DNA of 64,000 nucleotides from NCBI RefSeq assembly GCF_053078305.1, contig NZ_CP166879.1; one strand, 5' to 3'. Shown piece by piece: positions 55,593 to 64,000 of this stretch (position 1 is its first letter; each line of letters starts with the position of its first letter). The notes under the pieces were generated by a model. It saw only the letters and a program-made list of their open reading frames with translations, ran no database searches and was not told where the DNA came from. The position numbers and the translations under genes were made by a program.

Positions 55593-56734
55593 GTCTGAAT
55601 ATGTTCTGGTTTTTACCGACCCATGGTGACGGGCATTATCTGGGAACGGAAGAAGGTTCACGCCCGGTTGATCACGGTTATCTGCAACAAATTGCGCAAG
55701 CGGCGGATCGTCTTGGCTATACCGGTGTGCTGATCCCAACGGGGCGCTCCTGCGAAGATGCGTGGCTGGTTGCCGCATCGATGATCCCGGTGACGCAGCG
55801 GCTGAAGTTTCTTGTCGCCCTGCGTCCCAGCGTAACCTCACCTACCGTTGCCGCCCGCCAGGCCGCCACGCTTGACCGTCTCTCAAATGGACGTGCGTTG
55901 TTTAACCTGGTCACAGGCAGCGATCCACAAGAACTGGCAGGCGACGGCGTGTTCCTTGATCATAGTGAGCGCTACGAAGCCTCGGCGGAATTTACCCAGG
56001 TCTGGCGGCGCTTATTGCTGGGGGAAACCGTCGATTTCAACGGTAAACATATTCATGTGCGTGGAGCCAAACTGCTCTTCCCGCCGATTCAACAGCCGTA
56101 TCCTCCGCTTTACTTTGGCGGATCGTCAGACGTCGCCCAGGAGCTGGCGGCAGAACAGGTTAATCTCTACCTCACCTGGGGCGAACCGCCGGAACTGGTT
56201 AAAGAGAAAATCGAACAAGTGCGGGCGAAAGCTGCCGCGCATGGACGCAAAATTCGTTTCGGCATTCGTCTGCATGTGATTGTTCGTGAAACTAACGACG
56301 AAGCGTGGCAGGCCGCCGAGCGGTTAATCTCGCATCTTGATGATGAGACTATCGCCAAAGCACAAGCCGCATTCGCCCGCACGGATTCCGTGGGGCAACA
56401 GCGAATGGCAGCGCTACATAATGGCAAGCGCGACAATCTGGAGATCAGCCCCAATTTATGGGCGGGCGTTGGCTTAGTGCGCGGCGGTGCCGGGACGGCG
56501 CTGGTGGGCGATGGTCCTACGGTCGCTGCGCGAATCAACGAATATGCCGCGCTTGGCATCGACAGCTTTGTGCTTTCGGGCTATCCGCATCTGGAAGAAG
56601 CGTATCGGGTCGGCGAGTTGCTGTTCCCACATCTGGATGTCGCCATTCCGGAAATTCCCCAGCCGCAGCCGCTGAATCCGCAAGGCGAAGCGGTGGCAAA
56701 TGATTTTATCCCTCGCAGAGTCGCGCAAAGCTAA
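55589..56734 (+). CDS. ssuD: Alkanesulfonate monooxygenase SsuD
   Basis: 381-aa [22 protein letters not shown]... Confidence 0.96.
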
Positions 56735-56745
56735 GGAAGAAGATA

Positions 56746-57537
56746 ATGGCAACGCCAGTGAAGAAGTGGTTATTGCGCGTTGCCCCCTGGTTTTTACCGG
56801 TGGGCATCGTGACGGTGTGGCAACTGGCCTCCTCGGTTGGCTGGTTGTCGACGCGTATTTTGCCCTCACCGGAAGGGGTGGTGATGGCGTTCTGGACGCT
56901 CTCAGCCAGCGGCGAATTGTGGCAGCATCTGGCGATCAGCTCCTGGCGGGCGCTGATTGGTTTTTCAATTGGCGGCTCGCTGGGGTTGATTCTGGGACTG
57001 ATTAGCGGACTGTCGCGCTGGGGAGAAAGACTGCTGGATACCTCAATTCAGATGTTGCGCAACGTGCCGCATCTGGCGCTGATCCCGCTGGTGATTTTGT
57101 GGTTTGGCATTGATGAATCCGCAAAAATCTTTCTGGTGGCGCTCGGTACGCTATTCCCCATTTATATCAACACCTGGCATGGCATCCGTAATATCGATCG
57201 CGGGTTGGTGGAGATGGCGCGTAGCTATGGATTATCCGGCATACCGCTGTTTATCCATGTGATCCTGCCTGGTGCCCTGCCCTCAATTATGGTCGGCGTG
57301 CGTTTTGCGTTGGGCCTGATGTGGCTGACGCTGATTGTTGCCGAAACCATTTCTGCCAATTCAGGCATTGGTTATCTGGCGATGAATGCGCGGGAGTTTT
57401 TGCAAACGGACGTGGTGGTAGTCGCTATTATTCTTTACGCCCTGCTCGGCAAACTTGCTGACGTCAGCGCGCAGCTGTTAGAGCGCCTCTGGTTGCGCTG
57501 GAACCCGGCTTATCATTTGAAGGAGGCCACGGTATGA
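56746..57537 (+). CDS. ssuC: Aliphatic sulfonate ABC transporter permease SsuC
   Basis: 263-aa membrane ORF. Confidence 0.95.
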
Positions 57538-58301
57538 ATACTGCTCGTCTGAACCAGGGCACACCATTGTTGCTCAATGCAGTAAGCAAACATTACGCGG
57601 AAAATATCGTCCTGAACCAACTGGATTTACATATTCCGGCAGGTCAGTTTGTGGCGGTGGTGGGCCGCAGCGGTGGTGGCAAAAGTACCCTGCTGCGCCT
57701 GCTGGCAGGTCTGGAAACGCCAACCGCTGGCGATGTGTTAGCGGGCACCACACCGCTGGCTGAAATTCAGGAAGACACGCGAATGATGTTTCAGGATGCG
57801 CGTCTGCTACCGTGGAAATCGGTGATTGATAACGTTGGGTTAGGCCTTAAAGGCCAGTGGCGCGATGCCGCGCGTCGGGCGTTGGCTGCGGTAGGACTGG
57901 AGAATCGCGCCGGGGAATGGCCTGCCGCACTTTCTGGCGGGCAGAAACAGCGAGTGGCGCTGGCAAGAGCGTTGATTCATCGACCGGGTTTATTGTTGCT
58001 TGATGAACCGCTCGGTGCGCTGGATGCCTTAACGCGACTCGAGATGCAGGATTTGATTGTGTCACTTTGGCAGGAGCACGGCTTTACCGTACTGTTGGTG
58101 ACGCATGATGTGAGCGAAGCGGTAGCAATGGCTGATCGGGTGTTGTTAATTGAAGAGGGAAAAATTGGTCTGGATTTGACGGTGGATATTCCCCGTCCGC
58201 GCCGGTTAGGGTCGGTGCGATTAGCGGAGCTGGAAGCGGAAGTGTTGCAACGGGTGATGCAGCGTGGTGAATCTGAAACTCGCCTGAGAAAACAGGGGTA
58301 A
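57534..58301 (+). CDS. ssuB: Aliphatic sulfonate ABC transporter ATPase SsuB
   Basis: 255-aa ORF with Walker [10 protein letters not shown]. Confidence 0.95.
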
Positions 58302-58343
58302 AATCCCCGAATGGCGGCGCTATTGCCGCCATTCGGTTATTTA

Positions 58344-60956
58344 TTAAGCCAGTGCTTTGGTGATCTTCTCGTACAGATCGCCAGAGAGATTTTCCAGCCC
58401 TTTCAACTGTTCCAGCGCCGCGCGCATTTTCTCCTGACGTTTAGCATCATAACGTTTCAGGCGAATCAGCGGTTCAATCAGGCGTGAAGCTACCTGCGGG
58501 TTACGGCTGTTCAGGTCGGTAAGCATTTCCACCAGGAACTGGTAACCGCTCCCATCTTCGGCATGGAACGCTGCCGGGTTGCTGCCCGCAAACGCACCAA
58601 TCAACGAACGAATACGGTTCGGGTTGCTCATGGTAAATGAGCGATGCTGCAACAGGCCGCGCACCGTCTCCAGCACATTCGCCGCCGGGCTGGTGGCTTG
58701 CAGGATAAACCATTTATCCATCACCAGACCATCCTGATGCCACTTGTCGTCGTACTCCTGCATCAGCGCGTCACGGCAAGGCAGCTGTGCAGCAACCGCC
58801 GCAGAAAGCGCTGCCAGCGCATCGGTCATATTGTTTGCTTCATGGTATTGCTTGCTCACCAGCACGTCAGCCAGATGCGTTTCACCAAAAGCAAGGAAGC
58901 GCAGGCAGGCATTACGCAGAGTGCGTTTTGCAATATCTTCATGCTCAACACGGTACTCGCTCTGGTAATTCGCGTTGTAAATAGCCAGCAGCTCATCCGC
59001 CAGTTCAGTCGCCAGAGTACGAGTGAGAGCTTCGCGTACTTCGGCAATAGCAATCGGGTCGATGATATCGAACAGTTCAGCCATTTCATTGACGGATGGC
59101 AGAGTCAGAATTTCTGCCGCCAATGCCGGGTCAATCTTCTCATCAAGCAGCACCGCGCGGAAGGCGTCGGCCACATGCACCGGCAGAGACAGCGGCTGCC
59201 CTTGCTGATGACGGGCGACGTTCAGCTTGATGTAGGTTGCCAGCAAACTTTGCGCCGCATCCCAACGGGAGAAATCATTACGCGCATGACGCATCAGGAA
59301 GGTCAGTTGCTGATCGCTCCACTTATATTCCAGTTTCACTGGCGCAGAGAATTCGCACAGCAGCGCAGGCACCGGCTGGAAGTAGACATTATCAAAGACA
59401 AAGGTCTGTTCCGCCTGGGTGACGTTCAGCACGGAATTCACCGGATGACCGCCTTTCTGCAACGGGATCACTTTGCCTTCGTTGTCATACAATTCGATGG
59501 CAAACGGAATATGCAGCGGCTGTTTTTCTGCCTGATCCGGCGTGGCTGGCGTGCGCTGGCTGATGGTCAGGGTGTACTGCTCAGTTTCCGGATTGTAGTC
59601 GTCTTTGACGGTCACAACCGGCGTACCGGACTGGCTGTACCAACGGCGGAAATGGGAGAGATCAACATTCGACGCATCTTCCATCGCCTGCACAAAGTCG
59701 TCACAGGTCGCTGCGCTACCATCATGACGCTCGAAATAGAGTTGCATCCCTTTCTGGAAGTTTTCTTCGCCCAGCAGGGTGTGGATCATACGGATCACCT
59801 CCGCGCCCTTCTCGTAAACGGTCAGGGTGTAGAAGTTGTTCATCTCAATGACCATATCCGGGCGGATTGGGTGCGCCATCGGGCTGGCGTCTTCCGCAAA
59901 CTGCAATCCGCGCATGGTGCGCACATTATTGATACGGTTTACCGCGCGGGAACCGAGGTCAGAGCTGAATTCCTGATCGCGGAAGACGGTTAAACCTTCT
60001 TTCAGGCTGAGCTGGAACCAGTCGCGGCAGGTCACTCGGTTACCGGTCCAGTTATGGAAATATTCATGGCCGATAACGCGTTCAATATCGAGGTAATCTT
60101 TGTCGGTGGCGGTATCGGTGCGGGCCAGCACATATTTGGAGTTAAAGATATTCAGCCCCTTATTCTCCATTGCGCCCATATTGAAGAAATCCACCGCGAC
60201 GATCATATAGATGTCGAGGTCATACTCCAGGCCGAAGCGTTCTTCATCCCATTTCATTGAGTTTTTCAGCGAGGTCATCGCCCACGGCGCGCGATCAAGG
60301 TTGCCGCGATCGACGTACAGCTCCAGTGCTACTTCGCGACCAGAACGCGTGGTAAAGGTGTCGCGCAGTACATCAAAGTCGCCTGCCACCAGCGCAAACA
60401 GGTAGCATGGTTTCGGGAACGGGTCCTGCCACTGCACCCAATGACGTCCGTTTTCCAGTTCGCCTTGCGCAACGCGGTTACCGTTGGAAAGCAGGAAGGG
60501 ATATTTGGTTTTATCGGCAATAATTTTGGTGGTAAAACGCGCCAGCACATCCGGGCGGTCGAGATAATACGTAATATGGCGGAAACCTTCGGCTTCACAC
60601 TGGGTGCAAAGCGCATCGCCTGACTGATAAAGCCCTTCCAGCGCCGTATTCGCCGCCGGGCTTATTTCATTAATGATCTTAAGCGTAAAACGCTCCGGCA
60701 AATTACTGATGACCAGTGCGCCCTCTTCTTCTTTCCAGGCGGTCCACGGCTCATCATTAATATGAACAGAAACCAGTTTGAGGTCTTCGCCGTTGAGACG
60801 AAGCGGAGCATCTGATGCACCATGACGGACAGCCTGGCTGACCGCGGTAACGACCGTCTTTTGCGCGTCGAGGTCAAAGGTCAAGTCAATATCAGTAATC
60901 TGGTAATCCGGCGCACGATAATCGTGACGGTATTTGGCTTGTGGCTGTTGAGTCAT
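58344..60956 (-). CDS. pepN: Aminopeptidase N
   Basis: 870-aa ORF MTQQPQAKYRHDYRAPDYQITDIDL...; HEYFHNWTGN zinc motif. Confidence 0.98.
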   Translation of the reverse strand: MTQQPQAKYRHDYRAPDYQITDIDLTFDLDAQKTVVTAVSQAVRHGASDAPLRLNGEDLKLVSVHINDEPWTAWKEEEGALVISNLPERFTLKIINEISPAANTALEGLYQSGDALCTQCEAEGFRHITYYLDRPDVLARFTTKIIADKTKYPFLLSNGNRVAQGELENGRHWVQWQDPFPKPCYLFALVAGDFDVLRDTFTTRSGREVALELYVDRGNLDRAPWAMTSLKNSMKWDEERFGLEYDLDIYMIVAVDFFNMGAMENKGLNIFNSKYVLARTDTATDKDYLDIERVIGHEYFHNWTGNRVTCRDWFQLSLKEGLTVFRDQEFSSDLGSRAVNRINNVRTMRGLQFAEDASPMAHPIRPDMVIEMNNFYTLTVYEKGAEVIRMIHTLLGEENFQKGMQLYFERHDGSAATCDDFVQAMEDASNVDLSHFRRWYSQSGTPVVTVKDDYNPETEQYTLTISQRTPATPDQAEKQPLHIPFAIELYDNEGKVIPLQKGGHPVNSVLNVTQAEQTFVFDNVYFQPVPALLCEFSAPVKLEYKWSDQQLTFLMRHARNDFSRWDAAQSLLATYIKLNVARHQQGQPLSLPVHVADAFRAVLLDEKIDPALAAEILTLPSVNEMAELFDIIDPIAIAEVREALTRTLATELADELLAIYNANYQSEYRVEHEDIAKRTLRNACLRFLAFGETHLADVLVSKQYHEANNMTDALAALSAAVAAQLPCRDALMQEYDDKWHQDGLVMDKWFILQATSPAANVLETVRGLLQHRSFTMSNPNRIRSLIGAFAGSNPAAFHAEDGSGYQFLVEMLTDLNSRNPQVASRLIEPLIRLKRYDAKRQEKMRAALEQLKGLENLSGDLYEKITKALA

Positions 60957-61221
60957 AAATAACCTTTAGCATCTTTTATAGAGTCTGGTGTTCAGTCTAT
61001 TCCTGTTGCGTAAATCGCGCTATGCAGAATCTTCATCTTTTCAGGTACAAACGCCTTTATTGCTACATTTTTATAACATACACCGCGTAATGCCATCGAC
61101 CAGAAAGGTGGCATATGGTGTGATCGGGGTTCAATAAATTGCGAAACAAGGTATACTCCAGCAGTTCCTGAAGATGTTTATTGTACTAAACGCTCCTGTA
61201 CGAGGACGCTACTGCGCACCT

Positions 61222-62424
61222 ATGACACAATTCGCTTCTCCTGTTCTGCACTCGTTGCTGGATACAGATGCTTATAAGTTGCATATGCAGCAAGCCGTGT
61301 TTCATCACTATTACGATGTGCATGTCGCGGCGGAGTTTCGTTGCCGAGGTGACGATCTGCTGGGTATTTATGCCGATGCTATTCGTGAACAGGTTCAGGC
61401 GATGCAGCACCTGCGCCTGCAGGATGATGAATATCAGTGGCTTTCTGCCCTGCCTTTCTTTAAGGCCGACTATCTTAACTGGCTACGCGAGTTCCGCTTT
61501 AACCCGGAACAAGTCACCGTGTCCAACGATAATGGCAAGCTGGATATTCGTTTAAGCGGCCCGTGGCGTGAAGTCATCCTCTGGGAAGTTCCTTTGCTGG
61601 CGGTTATCAGTGAAATGGTACATCGCTATCGCTCACCGCAGGCCGACGTTGCGCAAGCCCTCGACACGCTGGAAAGCAAATTAGTCGACTTCTCGGCGTT
61701 AACCGCCGGTCTTGATATGTCGCGCTTCCATCTGATGGATTTTGGCACCCGCCGCCGTTTTTCTCGCGAAGTACAAGAAACCATCGTTAAGCGTCTGCAA
61801 CAGGAATCCTGGTTCGTGGGCACCAGCAACTACGATCTGGCGCGTCGGCTTTCCCTCACGCCGATGGGAACACAGGCACACGAATGGTTCCAGGCACATC
61901 AGCAAATCAGCCCGGATCTAGCCAACAGCCAGCGAGCTGCACTTGCTGCCTGGCTGGAAGAGTATCCCGACCAACTTGGCATTGCATTAACCGACTGCAT
62001 CACTATGGATGCTTTCCTGCGTGATTTCGGTGTCGAGTTCGCTAGTCGGTATCAGGGCCTGCGTCATGACTCTGGCGACCCGGTTGAATGGGGTGAAAAA
62101 GCCATTGCACATTATGAAAAGCTGGGAATTGATCCACAGAGTAAAACGCTGGTTTTCTCTGACAATCTGGATTTACGCAAAGCGGTTGAGCTATACCGCC
62201 ACTTCTCTTCCCGCGTGCAATTAAGTTTTGGTATTGGGACTCGCCTGACCTGCGATATCCCCCAGGTAAAACCCCTGAATATTGTGATTAAGTTGGTAGA
62301 GTGTAACGGTAAACCGGTGGCGAAACTTTCTGACAGCCCTGGCAAAACTATCTGCCATGATAAAGCGTTTGTTCGGGCGCTGCGCAAAGCGTTCGACCTT
62401 CCGCATATTAAAAAAGCCAGTTAA
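61222..62424 (+). CDS. pncB: Nicotinate phosphoribosyltransferase
   Basis: 400-aa product [24 protein letters not shown]... Confidence 0.96.
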   Translation: MTQFASPVLHSLLDTDAYKLHMQQAVFHHYYDVHVAAEFRCRGDDLLGIYADAIREQVQAMQHLRLQDDEYQWLSALPFFKADYLNWLREFRFNPEQVTVSNDNGKLDIRLSGPWREVILWEVPLLAVISEMVHRYRSPQADVAQALDTLESKLVDFSALTAGLDMSRFHLMDFGTRRRFSREVQETIVKRLQQESWFVGTSNYDLARRLSLTPMGTQAHEWFQAHQQISPDLANSQRAALAAWLEEYPDQLGIALTDCITMDAFLRDFGVEFASRYQGLRHDSGDPVEWGEKAIAHYEKLGIDPQSKTLVFSDNLDLRKAVELYRHFSSRVQLSFGIGTRLTCDIPQVKPLNIVIKLVECNGKPVAKLSDSPGKTICHDKAFVRALRKAFDLPHIKKAS

Positions 62425-62432
62425 TAGCATCA

Positions 62433-62457
62433 GGGAGCTAATCGGCTCCCTTTTTTT
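62433..62457 (+). terminator. pncB intrinsic terminator
   Basis: GGGAGC-TAATCG-GCTCCC hairpin followed by T7. Confidence 0.75.
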
Positions 62458-62593
62458 ACCTTTAATTCCGAAATCTTTCGCTGCATTTGCGAATTCTGCT
62501 TGTCTGATTGCAGATGCCAGGTAACATAGGTATCCCCCCCATTTACGGGTGGACAAGTGTTTATTTTTTCCGACTATTAACAGAGAGAATATT

Positions 62594-63994
62594 ATGAGCG
62601 TTGTGCCTGTAGCCGACGTACTCCAGGGCCGCGTAGCCGTTGACAGCGAAGTCACCGTACGCGGATGGGTACGTACCCGCCGAGATTCAAAAGCTGGCAT
62701 CTCCTTCCTCGCCGTTTATGACGGTTCCTGCTTTGATCCTGTACAGGCTGTCATCAATAATTCTCTGCCCAATTACAATGAAGACGTCCTGCGTCTGACC
62801 ACCGGTTGCTCGGTCATTGTGACGGGTAAAGTCGTGGCGTCGCCGGGCCAGGGGCAACAATTTGAAATTCAGGCCAGCAAGGTTGAAGTTGCTGGTTGGG
62901 TTGAAGATCCAGACACGTACCCGATGGCGGCAAAACGCCACAGCATTGAGTATCTGCGTGAAGTCGCTCACCTGCGTCCGCGCACAAACCTGATTGGTGC
63001 CGTCGCGCGCGTTCGTCATACGCTGGCGCAGGCGCTGCATCGCTTCTTTAACGAGCAGGGATTCTTCTGGGTTTCAACGCCACTGATTACCGCATCTGAT
63101 ACCGAAGGTGCTGGCGAAATGTTCCGCGTTTCTACGCTGGATCTGGAAAACCTGCCGCGTAACGATCAGGGCAAAGTGGATTTCGACAAAGACTTCTTTG
63201 GTAAAGAGTCTTTCCTGACCGTATCTGGCCAGTTGAACGGCGAAACCTACGCTTGCGCATTGTCCAAAATTTATACCTTCGGCCCGACTTTCCGTGCTGA
63301 AAACTCCAACACCAGCCGTCACCTGGCGGAATTCTGGATGCTGGAACCGGAAGTGGCGTTTGCTAACCTGAACGATATCGCGGGACTGGCTGAAGCCATG
63401 CTGAAATATGTCTTCAAAGCGGTTCTCGAAGAACGCGCTGACGACATGAAATTCTTCGCTGAACGCGTAGATAAAGATGCCGTTTCACGTCTGGAACGCT
63501 TCATTGAAGCCGATTTTGCGCAGGTGGATTACACCGACGCAGTGACCATTCTCGAAAACTGCGGCAGGAAGTTTGAAAACCCGGTTTACTGGGGCGTTGA
63601 TCTCTCTTCTGAGCATGAACGTTATCTGGCGGAAGAACACTTTAAAGCACCGGTAGTGGTTAAAAACTATCCGAAAGATATTAAAGCGTTCTATATGCGT
63701 CTTAACGAAGACGGTAAAACCGTTGCGGCTATGGACGTTCTGGCTCCGGGCATCGGTGAGATCATTGGTGGCTCCCAGCGTGAAGAACGTCTGGACGTGC
63801 TGGACGAGCGTATGCTGGAAATGGGCCTGAATAAAGAAGATTACTGGTGGTATCGCGATCTGCGTCGCTACGGTACTGTTCCGCATTCAGGTTTCGGTCT
63901 TGGTTTTGAACGCCTGATTGCTTACGTAACTGGTGTGCAAAACGTGCGTGATGTGATTCCGTTCCCACGTACTCCGCGTAACGCCAGCTTCTAA
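62594..63994 (+). CDS. asnS: Asparaginyl-tRNA synthetase
   Basis: 466-aa product [31 protein letters not shown]... Confidence 0.98.
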
Positions 63995-64000
63995 TTTAGC

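Noticed and set aside
58644-59993. 449-aa ORF antisense within pepN, and similar long antisense ORFs inside uup, rlmL, pqiB, helD and the 812-aa phage gene
   Set aside because: The sense-strand products match full-length well-known proteins; the antisense frames are compositional artefacts of GC-rich coding DNA.

Overview
The window is an E. coli chromosomal segment with two parts. Positions 1-19940 are the int-proximal part of a lambdoid (Rac/Qin-like) prophage integrated at tRNA-Ser (serT); the prophage continues beyond the window start. Positions 19941-64000 are conserved core genome, collinear in reverse orientation with the K-12 serT-asnS region (yccA, tusE, yccX, rlmI, hspQ, yccU, yccT, mgsA, helD, yccF, yccS, sxy, sulA, ompA, matP, ycbZ, fabA, rmf, pqiCBA, uup, rlmL, ycbX, zapC, pyrD, the elf/ycb fimbrial operon, ssuEADCB, pepN, pncB, asnS). 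Prophage content from the att site leftwards: lambda-type int and xis; an 812-aa protein with a C-terminal DEDDh 3'-5' exonuclease domain; a Rha module with two coupled small ORFs; about 0.8 kb of ORF-free structured DNA; a ydaF-like gene; a HigB/HigA toxin-antitoxin pair at the position lambda uses for rexAB; a cI-like/cro-like switch with shared operator motifs; an O-like/P-like replication module with iterons inside the O gene; ea-like early genes; hok/mok; a YgiW-family gene; DUF968-HNH; rusA; a Q-like antiterminator with a pR'/tR'-like unit; a beta-class DNA methyltransferase; a three-tRNA cluster (CAU, Arg-UCG, Arg-UCU) of the kind found upstream of stx in Stx phages; a gamma-class N6-adenine methyltransferase where stx would sit; and a two-copy hairpin-rich element. 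No CRISPR array, rRNA, IS element or toxin (stx) gene was found. All family assignments are from reading motifs and synteny by eye, with no database search. I could not identify one system with certainty as undescribed; the best candidates are the 812-aa exonuclease-like protein, the HigBA pair embedded in the operator region, the orphan methyltransferase with its adjacent hairpin repeats, and the ORF-free structured region upstream of Rha.
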